Origin: Bacilli bacterium
GTDB taxonomy: Bacteria > Bacillota_I > Bacilli_A > RFN20 > CAG-826
Direction: 5' to 3'
Length of the DNA: 64,000 nucleotides
Assembly: GCA_045597865.1 (NCBI GenBank)
Contig: JAZLKX010000052.1
Location: 128,001 to 192,000, forward strand
This document shows, one piece after another, positions 1-9,383 of the stretch. The number at the start of each line of letters is the position of its first letter. Position 1 is the stretch's first letter. Under the pieces are notes generated by a model. The model did not search any database. It was not told where the DNA came from and was given only the letters and a program-made list of their open reading frames with translations. The translations under genes were made by a program, and so were the position numbers.

Positions 1-61
1 TTTCAAAAATGGGCGAAATTTTTTTTATATTTGATTTTGAATTTTTAAAGGAGAAAACTAA

Positions 62-199
62 ATGCAAACTAATTGGGATTTAGTTAAAGCTAATCTTCTC
101 AGCGTCATTAAAGAAGATGTAAAATATCTTGGTGAAGCAATGGCGCTTGAAGAAGCAATTACTGAACTGATTGAAAAACACAGAAGAGGAATCAAATGA
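62..199 (+). CDS. small hypothetical protein (45 aa)
   Basis: AGGAG RBS before ATG 62; stop overlaps dut start (ATGA). Not in the ORF track. Confidence 0.6.
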   Translation: MQTNWDLVKANLLSVIKEDVKYLGEAMALEEAITELIEKHRRGIK

Positions 200-732
200 T
201 TAAATTTCTAAAGACAAATTCATTCGCAGTCAAATCACCTAAAGGTAATCCTGGTAAGGACGCTGGCATTGACTTTTTCGTTCCAGAACTTACACCTGAA
301 TTTCAGGCAGTATTGAAATCTGAAAACCCATCCGCACAGATTAGCGTTGATGAAAAGACAGGTGAAGGCTCAATCGTTTTGGCACCTCGTTCTGATATCT
401 TGATTAACTCTGGCATCTATACACGCTTTGACAAGAACATCGCATTCATCGGTTTCAATAAGTCCGGTATCGCTACAAAGAAGAAGCTTGTCGTGGGTGC
501 ATGCGTTGATGATACTTCTTACGAAGGCTTGCTTCACTTGCATGTAATCAATACATCTGACAAGGAACAGGCAATTAAGTTTGGCGAAAAGCTTGTTCAG
601 TTCGTTCCAGTGCTAATTGACTGTTCTGGCTTTGAAGTCGCACATGAAGATGAAGTATCGCTTGAAGAATTTTTCAAGGATCACAATACTGATCGTGGGT
701 CGGCTGGGTTTGGGTCCACAGGACTGAAGTAA
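196..732 (+). CDS. dut: dUTP diphosphatase (trimeric dUTPase)
   Basis: Motifs DAGIDF, KSG, VDDTSYEG, KLVQF and C-terminal RGSAGFGSTG. Confidence 0.95.
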   Translation: MIKFLKTNSFAVKSPKGNPGKDAGIDFFVPELTPEFQAVLKSENPSAQISVDEKTGEGSIVLAPRSDILINSGIYTRFDKNIAFIGFNKSGIATKKKLVVGACVDDTSYEGLLHLHVINTSDKEQAIKFGEKLVQFVPVLIDCSGFEVAHEDEVSLEEFFKDHNTDRGSAGFGSTGLK

Positions 733-846
733 TTCACTAACATACATCTTCGGAAAAGTTTTGCCCATTTTTTTAAATGGGCATTTTTATTTTTATATTT
801 GATACTGTAAAACAATTAAACAAAAATAAACAGGAGAAAAACGCTT

Positions 847-1611
847 ATGATTAAGCAAATGAACTATGATCCCAAGTATATCAGCCTTATGACTGAACTT
901 GCAGCAATTAACCCTCAGCTTATCTTCAAGAAGACTGAGGAAGAAACCGTTTCCGTTAAGGCTATTGAAGGTACAGATAAGTCTGTTTGCTTCTTCCTTG
1001 ATGCACCTGCCAGTGCATTTGACTTTGCAAGCGAAAGCCTTGCTGTTATTGACTTCAAGCGTCTCGTCAGCTACTTCAATACATTCAACAAGGATTCCAA
1101 GGACGAGTCAAAGGCCGATGCTCCGGTTCTTTCTGTTGAATACTCTGATGATGAAGCATCAGAAGCAATTACAATGCACATCAAGTCCAAGCAGGTTAAG
1201 GCTGCTTTCAAGCACCGTTTGGCAAATGAAGATGTGATTGTCAAGCCTAACTTCAACAAGGTTAAGTTCCCGTCCGTTGATGCTAAGTTCACACTTACTC
1301 AGGATCAGATTGCAGATCTCAACAAGATGCTTTCTTTGACTGGTGCTGACCGTATTAAGTGGGCATTCTCTGGTTCCGTTTGTACCGTTACTTTGTTCAA
1401 TACAAGAACTAATGATACATTTGAAAACGCATACGTTCTCAACGAATCTGTTGAAAACGACTTTGACTTCACCACTCTTTCTAAGGGTTTCACCCTTTTG
1501 CCGAAGGGCTCTTACAACTTGGAAGTGTCCAAGGGTGGTATCATGAGCTTCAAGCAGGACCGCGATGACGCTCTTGACTTGATCCTCTATATCGCAAAGA
1601 CTGGTAAGTAA
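847..1611 (+). CDS. gp45: sliding clamp, T4 gp45-like
   Basis: N-terminal LAAINPQLIF resembles gp45 FATINSGI; LLPKGSYNLEVSK...LYIA C-terminus; size fits; clamp loader genes are in the window. Confidence 0.75.
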   Translation: MIKQMNYDPKYISLMTELAAINPQLIFKKTEEETVSVKAIEGTDKSVCFFLDAPASAFDFASESLAVIDFKRLVSYFNTFNKDSKDESKADAPVLSVEYSDDEASEAITMHIKSKQVKAAFKHRLANEDVIVKPNFNKVKFPSVDAKFTLTQDQIADLNKMLSLTGADRIKWAFSGSVCTVTLFNTRTNDTFENAYVLNESVENDFDFTTLSKGFTLLPKGSYNLEVSKGGIMSFKQDRDDALDLILYIAKTGK

Positions 1612-1635
1612 TCAGTTTTAGGTTAGGAGAACCGT

Positions 1636-1664
1636 GTGGGTGAGCGTAAGCTCACCCACTTTTT
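1636..1664 (+). terminator. intrinsic terminator
   Basis: Perfect 10-bp stem GTGGGTGAGC-GTAA-GCTCACCCAC followed by a T run. Confidence 0.85.
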
Positions 1665-1687
1665 GTTTTTTATGGAAGGATATAGAA

Positions 1688-2383
1688 ATGAAAACTGAAA
1701 TTATAGAAATGATTTGGAACATGCTTGCGCCTGATTGGATGAAAGATGATCCAAGCCTTAGAATGCGGTATTTTAAGTGCGAAGAACAACTCGATATGTT
1801 TAATTTTAGCGCAGCAAAAAAGACATTGAAGGCGTATAAACAGGCAAGCAAAAAACGTTTAAAGCGGTATATCGCAGAACACCCTGAATGCGTTATAACT
1901 GATTATTACGTCCTGTCATCAAACACGATTATTTCAGTTCAGCCAGATATACTTTGCTTCAGAGATGAAGCAATGAAATGCTTTGAAGATTTCAATACAA
2001 TCTATGCTTTCAAGGAACATATATCAGATCCATTCATATTCCTACTAGAGGCTGCTTTTAATGTTTGTTCAGGGTCAGCGATAGCGTTTTCACTTACAGC
2101 TAGTGTAGACTTTAATACACAACAGCAATTAAGGCTATATGCTGGGTGTAAAGAAATGCAACTATACAATGAATACTTTTTGAAACATAAGCATGCACCG
2201 TCTGAGTTAATCGTTCACAAATACAATACATCGCATAGCTTGTTTAACATATCAGACGAGCAATATGAAATGTGGTTTGCTGAAATGACGATATGCGTAC
2301 AGGAGTATTTCAAGAAAAAAGCAAAAACGATAACTAGGTATAGTATAGAACACGAAACTGATGGTCTAAACATTAAAGATTAA
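1688..2383 (+). CDS. hypothetical protein
   Basis: Start moved to ATG 1688 (AAGGA RBS) because the track start lies inside the terminator. Confidence 0.7.
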   Translation: MKTEIIEMIWNMLAPDWMKDDPSLRMRYFKCEEQLDMFNFSAAKKTLKAYKQASKKRLKRYIAEHPECVITDYYVLSSNTIISVQPDILCFRDEAMKCFEDFNTIYAFKEHISDPFIFLLEAAFNVCSGSAIAFSLTASVDFNTQQQLRLYAGCKEMQLYNEYFLKHKHAPSELIVHKYNTSHSLFNISDEQYEMWFAEMTICVQEYFKKKAKTITRYSIEHETDGLNIKD

Positions 2384-2399
2384 ATTTTATCGCCAGGGG

Positions 2400-2428
2400 T
2401 TTACAGCCTCTGGCTTTTTTGTTATTTT
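2400..2428 (+). promoter_or_regulatory. early-type promoter (TTTACA-17-TATTTT) overlapping a hairpin
   Basis: GTTTACA -35 as in T4 early promoters, 17-nt spacer, TG-n-TATTTT; near-identical architecture at 10671-10699. Confidence 0.6.
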
Positions 2429-2434
2429 ATAATC

Positions 2435-2707
2435 ATGAGCTTGCATACCGATTTACTTGCTAACAAAATACCAATAAAGATAGCACAACAAATTTTTAGC
2501 CATGATAAAATTCTAAGGGCGTATGATTGGGCAAGGTTGCAGGATGTCAGCATTGAAGTTCTTGTAGCTCTATGTCAAGCAGAAAGATTTAATGAAGACG
2601 AGGTTGAAAAACTGATTATTGATTATGTAAAACGCATAAAAGAAAAAGAAGCACTTATGAACACGATTAAACACGAGGGTGAAAATCTTGGGTTACTGGA
2701 ACATTAA
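2435..2707 (+). CDS. hypothetical protein
   Basis: ORF directly after the promoter. Confidence 0.65.
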   Translation: MSLHTDLLANKIPIKIAQQIFSHDKILRAYDWARLQDVSIEVLVALCQAERFNEDEVEKLIIDYVKRIKEKEALMNTIKHEGENLGLLEH

Positions 2708-2963
2708 CATTAACATTAGCGACGAGGCAACATTTCGTGTTGCATGTAAGTATGCAAATACTCGCGAAGCAAAATGTACATTCTATGGCGCTGAATTTTC
2801 ATGCGCCTTTTTAAGAATTCATAAGATTCGTTCTTTCGCCCATTTATGTGAATTTTTGCCTGATGTAGTTAAGAATCATCGTCATGCACAACTTCAGAAA
2901 CAAAAACAAAAAATCGCTGCTGAAAGCGAAATTGATTTGTCGCTGTTTGAAAGAACTAAATAA
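2679..2963 (+). CDS. hypothetical protein
   Basis: GTG start with GAGG RBS; overlaps the previous ORF. Confidence 0.55.
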   Translation: MKILGYWNININISDEATFRVACKYANTREAKCTFYGAEFSCAFLRIHKIRSFAHLCEFLPDVVKNHRHAQLQKQKQKIAAESEIDLSLFERTK

Positions 2964-3124
2964 TTTTTAGCCAGTTTTAAGATGCACAGAGGCTTAAAAA
3001 TTTTTATCTGATAAATTATATTACTTGTAGCAAAACGCCTTTAAACATCATTTAAACATCAACATACTCTTACGGAAAAATAACTTATGCAAATGAAACT
3101 GATGAAAACTAAATTATATTTGAA

Positions 3125-3440
3125 CAAAATGAAAACCTATTGCTGGCTCGGAGCTCAATCCAATGAGTTATCGGATAAGCTTAGGTCGCAGCAGTAAGAG
3201 GCGATACTGCAATTTAATGCGAATGCCAACGAAGGTAAGCCTAGCCCGCTTACCACTTAGCCGTCACACGCATTGTGAAATGTAGCCGGAGTACAGGGTG
3301 ACCGTCCCGTAAGTTCACATATAAGTCGGATTACTAATGTCATACGGTTCACCAGTCAAAACAAAGAATGGTGTAACTGGAGATTAGTAGGTCTGGATAG
3401 GCTTACTTGTCTCCGGTTACCATATCAAACAAAGAATAAG
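3125..3440 (+). ncRNA. candidate structured ncRNA of unknown family
   Basis: GC-richer gap without a long ORF after TATATT (3115-3120); nested stems including 3282-3291/3411-3420 and 3309-3315/3400-3406 with G-U pairs that favour the + strand. Confidence 0.55.
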
Positions 3441-3451
3441 GAATTGAGGAA

Positions 3452-3880
3452 ATGAGTTTTTCAATTTTTAAAGTTTTAATTGAAACTTCCACAGGTATTG
3501 AGTTTAGGAATTTCTTTGAATTTGGCCAATGGCCGGTCATTGAGAAAGAACTGAAAAAGGTTCGCACTAAGTATAAAAGAATCGCAAAGCAAAAAGATAT
3601 AGATTTGCTAAATCGTGCTTGGAAAGATGACTTTTATCAGCAATATACGACAGGCACACTCGTGGACTTTGAAAGAGTTCCTTTCCAAGCCATTGAGGAA
3701 GCGTTGATAAATAAATGTCGGTACTACTTCTGGAGCAAATGCGAATATGAAGTAGTTGTGCAGGGTTGGCCAAATGAAAAGATTGAAAAGAAAATTGATG
3801 TGTTTGACCAACTTAAAGCAAACTGGCAAGTTTTTGTAACATTGGTATTTAAAGAATTAAGAATAAAGAGAAAGCTATGA
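3452..3880 (+). CDS. conserved phage hypothetical protein
   Basis: GAGGA RBS; YYFWSKCEYEVVV...KIDVFDQL.ANW motif. Confidence 0.75.
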   Translation: MSFSIFKVLIETSTGIEFRNFFEFGQWPVIEKELKKVRTKYKRIAKQKDIDLLNRAWKDDFYQQYTTGTLVDFERVPFQAIEEALINKCRYYFWSKCEYEVVVQGWPNEKIEKKIDVFDQLKANWQVFVTLVFKELRIKRKL

Positions 3881-4281
3881 GAAGACTTTTTATTATCCGT
3901 AAGGATTTGAATTTGACAGCTGGCAAGCTTGCCGCTATGGTTGGCCACTGTGCGGAAGCCTATTGGCTTAATCTTGTTAGAACCGGACAACTGATACCAC
4001 AGGATGTTATGGACGGATATGTTAATGACATCTTCACTAAGACGATATGTGAAGCTAAGAACTTAAATCAGCTGATGAAAGCTGCTGACACCGCAAAAGA
4101 GTTTGGCCTTCTTGAAGGCACCGATTTTGGATTCATTGATGATTGCTGTAAGACGGAACTTGAACCTGAGTTCGTTGACGAGAATGGCGTTGGACGAACT
4201 AGAGTAGGTATTTGGTTTAAACCATTGAATGACGAAGTGTCGCATACGATAAGTAAACGATACCAACTTTATAAAGGTTAG
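3877..4281 (+). CDS. peptidyl-tRNA hydrolase, Pth2 family
   Basis: IIRKDLNLTAGKLAAMVGH N-terminal motif; D...TEL and T.VGI...P motifs. Confidence 0.85.
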   Translation: MRRLFIIRKDLNLTAGKLAAMVGHCAEAYWLNLVRTGQLIPQDVMDGYVNDIFTKTICEAKNLNQLMKAADTAKEFGLLEGTDFGFIDDCCKTELEPEFVDENGVGRTRVGIWFKPLNDEVSHTISKRYQLYKG

Positions 4282-4349
4282 AAATTATTTTATTCTGGAC
4301 AGTTGTTTTTGTCCAGAATTTTTTTATATTTTATAAAAAGGAAATAACT

Positions 4350-5159
4350 ATGCCATCAAGAGAAGAAAACATTAAGATTTTTAATGATACGCTTGCTAAG
4401 TGCAGTAAGACACTAAACGAATCCACAAGCAAGTGCATCGCTGAACAGAAGTTCTATATCAATGAACCTGTTCCTGAAACTGCTGACCGTTTTGAAGAAC
4501 CTGCTAAAGTTCTTGTCACAAAGAGCAGTTCATTTGACGCTGCAAGAAAATACAATAATGTTGCAGTTCTGAATTTTGCATCTGCGACTAATCCTGGCGG
4601 TGGCGTGGTAAAGGGTTCAGGAGCACAGGAAGAATGCTTATGCCGTTGTTCTAACTTGTATCTGGCACTTAGCTGTGATGAAGCGATGGAAAAATTCTAT
4701 ACGCCGCATCGTGAACATCTTGGTCCTTTGCATAATGATGACATCATTTACACACCGAATGTAACCATCATTAAGTCCGATGCTTACAACGGCTTGTACA
4801 AAAATCACAATGTAAATGTTATCACTTGCGCTGCACCTAACCTTCGTGAAAAACCAGGTAACGCATATAACCATGAGAACAGCAGCCGAAAGATAAAGAT
4901 TTCCGACAGCGCTTTGTTGGAATTGCATATTAAGCGCGCAAGAAAGATTCTAGCTGTTGCTGCTGCACACGGAAATGATCATATCATTCTTGGTGCATTT
5001 GGCTGCGGCGCATTCAGGAACTCACCTGTTATCGTCGCAGAAGCATATAAGCGCGTAATTCTTGAATTTCAACATAAGTTCAAGACCATTGAATTTGCTG
5101 TATACTGCCGTGATACTGAAACTGAAAACTATGATGTTTTTAAAACGGCGTTGACTTAA
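4350..5159 (+). CDS. TIGR02452/DUF2263 bacterial PARG-like macro-domain protein
   Basis: VLNFASATNPGGG...GAQEECLCR catalytic loop and ILGAFGCGAF motif. Confidence 0.9.
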   Translation: MPSREENIKIFNDTLAKCSKTLNESTSKCIAEQKFYINEPVPETADRFEEPAKVLVTKSSSFDAARKYNNVAVLNFASATNPGGGVVKGSGAQEECLCRCSNLYLALSCDEAMEKFYTPHREHLGPLHNDDIIYTPNVTIIKSDAYNGLYKNHNVNVITCAAPNLREKPGNAYNHENSSRKIKISDSALLELHIKRARKILAVAAAHGNDHIILGAFGCGAFRNSPVIVAEAYKRVILEFQHKFKTIEFAVYCRDTETENYDVFKTALT

Positions 5160-8100
5160 TATGACTGATTACGAATTTACACAAATCATGCGGGACGCTG
5201 GATATGAAGTCACCGTACATTCTGCTACGATCTGGAAGTATAAAAAACTGCCAGATTGTTTTTGTTTAGAAGAAAACAAGAAAAAGGATTCTGCTAAACT
5301 TTACTTAGGCATTTATGTTCGTGATGAACCGTACTTGCTGCATAATTTCAAATATACATTTGAGAATATCTCAAAAATGAATTCTGTTGAGTTCAAGAAA
5401 CAGTTAAATGCTATGACTGAATATGCTTACAGTCTATACAAGGACATTAACCGTCACATTGACGCTTTAAGCAAGAAAATGGAAACTGCATCAAAAAGAC
5501 TAGGAATGTAACTATGAAGCACATTTTAATTTTATTAGCCATGTTCTTATTCATTGGCTGCATGCACGAAACTCCAACCGTTGAAAACAGACCAAGTAAT
5601 AATGGATGGAAATTAGAGTATTTTCAAAAAGTAAAGATTCAAAATGAAGAATTATATGAATGCGTGTATGGTCGTGCTGTTGGATCTAGACGCGGAATAA
5701 CATTTACAATTTTAAGCAACACGGCATGTAAGGAAAAACTTTAGGAAGGTAATTATGAATAAAGAATTCGTTGAAAAGTTCCTGAACAAACTTAAAGAAG
5801 ATGTGAAAACACTTAAACCCGGTTCTATGGAAGAAGCTTTGTGTAAAGCACAAATTGCAGAAGTATCTAAAGTATTGGCAAGTTTAAGATAAGGTTGATT
5901 TGATTATGACCGAAGAAGAAATCATTGAAAGAGTAACACGGTATAAAGAATTGGTTGAACCATTGACTTCATCCGTCTTTAAAAAGGTTAAAGTTGAAGA
6001 TCTAAAATTTGGAAATCATCTTACTAAACCAGAATGTGATATGGTTGCATATCTGGTATTAGATGATGGTACTAAAAAATATCCTACTATTCTGTTTGGC
6101 GGATTTGAGGATGATCATTGGATAAAATGTGTTGTTAGAAAATCATTAGTTGTAGACGAGATTGTAACCGAACAAGATAATATGGTTGGATATTTCTTCG
6201 TTCATGCTATAGAGGAATAGAATATGAAACTTAAAGAATTGTTTGAACAGTTAAACAAAATCAAAGAATTGCATGGTGATAAAATGGATGTAATTCTGTA
6301 TGATAAGGAAAAGATTCATTATGTATACGCAAAACAGGTAAAATATTCTGAAGATGATGGTTACATGAGACCTGAAACTGTTTGGATTGAAGGAGAATAA
6401 ATATGCGAGAATTTGGCACATTACTTGGAATTGCTGCAATTATTTTTTCTATATTCTTTGGTTCTCATTTGATATTACAAGATGAACTTGCTAAAGAAAA
6501 ACTAAAAACTGAATGTGTTTGTAAGGAGAATAAGTAAATGATACTTTTGATTATACTTGGCTATTTTCTTATTGGTTTCATTATTGGTGTTACCATTTGT
6601 AAGATTAAAGGCAAGGACTGGTGCAGAGCTAGTACAGCATGTGGGTATGGAGTTGATGAGTTTAGTTGGAAAAATAATGCGGAATTCATAATGTTCTTTT
6701 CAACTTTTGCTTGGGTACTTTTTATAGTGTTCGGCCCATTGGTCTTTCTTATTCGTATTGTAGAATATACATCAAAGAAACTTCAAAAATAGAGGATATA
6801 TGTGGCTGTTTAATAGAAGAAAGTGGATCTTGGTAATTGGATATTCAGATCCAGCACATCTATACACCGATATTAAATGCATCTCTAAAAATAGAGATGA
6901 CTGCATACATAAAGCTTGTAAAGAAGTATATGAATGGTATAAGCATAAGAAAGATGTTTTAGGTGGACGGTTAATCTATAATTATTTAGATTTACAACAA
7001 AAATCTGATATTGGAGATGAATGGTATATAATTAGAGCAAAACTTTATGAAGAATTGCTGCATTATACAGAAGAATTTCAAGACACAAATAATTTAGAAT
7101 TAACTTGGAAAAGTTTGCATTTAGAAATTTTTAAGATTTCTATTAGGATCTTTAGCTCAGAATCAGATTTTATCAAATTTTAAGGAGTAAGATATGGAAT
7201 TGCGAATCAAAGAATTAGGTATAAATAGATACACCGTTGAAGAAAAGAAGTTTCTATGTTGGATTCCTTTTTATGATACCATTGGTTATTGTTCTTTATG
7301 TGATGATATTGGTATGAATGAATACTGTAGAGATAATATTGGAAGAATGTTTTTCAATGATAAAAATAAATGTCAAGCCTATATAGATTTTGTTATGAAA
7401 TGTAGGAATCTTTAATAAGGAGAGTAAAATATGATTGGTGGAATTCTTGACCCGCATAGCTTGGAAAATTTTATAGCACCTATTGGGAATGACAGTAAAA
7501 CACCTATTGAAAAAGCAGTTCACGCTTTGTTAGTTCGTGAATTGTATCGTGATGGTAAGAAAGTTTTTTCAAAAGAACACATGCCAGATGATGAAGTCGT
7601 TGATTATTCATATCATAGAGTAATTGAAAGAAAAACTTGTGAACTACTTGACCTTGATTATGAAAAGACTTTGGTGAAAATTGTTGCTGATGATTTATGG
7701 TCTGTATTTCAATGGCAGAAAAGAGTAACCATTTTGGATTGGAAAGTTTCAATAAATGGTGATGTTGTCAATTATTCTATTCAGTATTTAGACGAGGAAT
7801 GAACTATGAAATATGTGCAAATTGAAAAGTTTTGGAAAGTATGGGATAAAGACCCTGAATTGATGCTAGTAAATAAATCTGGAAGAGTGGTAAAAGTTGA
7901 TACTATCTATAATCGTGAATATTACGAACAAGAAATAAGAAATCAGCTTAAATTATTCAGATATTTGGCAAAACACAGTGAATCTGCAAAATGGTTACAA
8001 GTTAATTCACCAGAAGAAATACCAGATGATTTATTCAAAATAGTTCCTTATGATGAGCAAAAATGTATTGCTGATGGTATTATAAAAATTAAGACTGAAG

Positions 8101-9041
8101 AAGACTATAACAAATGCTTTTATCCTCGTGGAAAGGTAGAAAAATAAAATTATTTTGGTCAAATGGAGGAGATTAAGTAAATGAAAAATGAAGATGTGAA
8201 ATATACTTATGAAAACGATTGTTTAATGCTTTATAGAGAAGCAATGAATGATTGTATGAATAAACAGAATTTATTGTTTTTACCATGTAAGGTATCTGAA
8301 TATAATGAAAACACTCAAAAGTATTCTTTAAAGTTTAATGAAGAGTCAAGAACAAGTGATTCATTTAAACAACAATGTGAATTATTTGGAAAAGATGTTG
8401 TTGATAATATCATTGAAACTAAATTAAATGGAAAAACGATTTTTCAAGCTGAAGATTCTGATACAACTGATAAAATGATGGACGAAAACTTAAATCTAGC
8501 GCTATGGGAAATTTCTCGCAAAACAGATAAGGAAAAATTGTAAAATGAAACACGGTGAAGTTGATTTTGGTAAAGTATTTCAAAAGCAATTAGATGATGC
8601 ACAATTTGCTAAAAACATTTTTGAATTTGGAAGAAAGTTTAGGATTGAAATTCGTGATGCATCTACATTAGAAGAACAGTATAATTTGTTAAAAGAAGAC
8701 TTTGAACGAGTTTATACTAATTTCAATTTTGAAGAAGAATGGCAAATGATTATTTAGGAATAATTAAAATGAAAAAGTATGTTATTGTGTATTCACATGA
8801 AGAAGATCTTCCACGCCTTGTTGGCATTTGTTATTCTTTAGAAGTTGCCAAACAAAAGGCTGAAGAATTCATTGAAAAGGTAAAATCAGAATCAGGCTAT
8901 GAAGGTTTTCCTGAATGTTTTGTTCCGATTGAACCTGATGATATGAACGGCGAAGACGCTGTTGGATTCTGGTCTTGGAACTGCAATGAGCATTGTGTAT
9001 CAATTCACGAGGCTGAATAAATATGATCAGAGGAATAAAAT

Positions 9042-9383
9042 ATGAAAGTTGAAGCTTTTGAATTTAATGAAAACCAAGAATTGCCGGCATGGACACAATG
9101 TTTAGAAAATGTTGAACCAGTAAAATTGCCATTGCTGATTGATGAATTGGTCAAACATAAGATTTTTAATTCCAAATCTGAAGCAAGAAAAATGATTAAA
9201 GGCAACGGCGTTTCAATTTTTTCTACTTTTGACGGTCTTAGAAATATAAATGATGAACTAATGGAATCATTTAATGATAAACGCGCAATAGTTACTGATA
9301 CCGATGCCAGGTGGACGTTTATAGACGGCGATGTTATTAAAATTGGCAAAAGACGATTTATTAAAATTGTAGAAAAGGCGTAA
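9042..9383 (+). CDS. stand-alone S4 RNA-binding domain protein (TyrRS C-terminal-like)
   Basis: LV...IFNSKSEARKMIKGNGV and DGDVIKIGKRRFIKI. Confidence 0.75.
   Translation: MKVEAFEFNENQELPAWTQCLENVEPVKLPLLIDELVKHKIFNSKSEARKMIKGNGVSIFSTFDGLRNINDELMESFNDKRAIVTDTDARWTFIDGDVIKIGKRRFIKIVEKA

Noticed and set aside
2970-3062. Imperfect inverted repeat and TTTAAACATCA tandem duplication
   Set aside because: AT-rich with weak arms, so it cannot be distinguished from chance without homologs.
3129-3197. 22-aa ORF MKTYCWLGAQ... at the start of the ncRNA candidate
   Set aside because: Very short, with no clear RBS, and it overlaps predicted stems.
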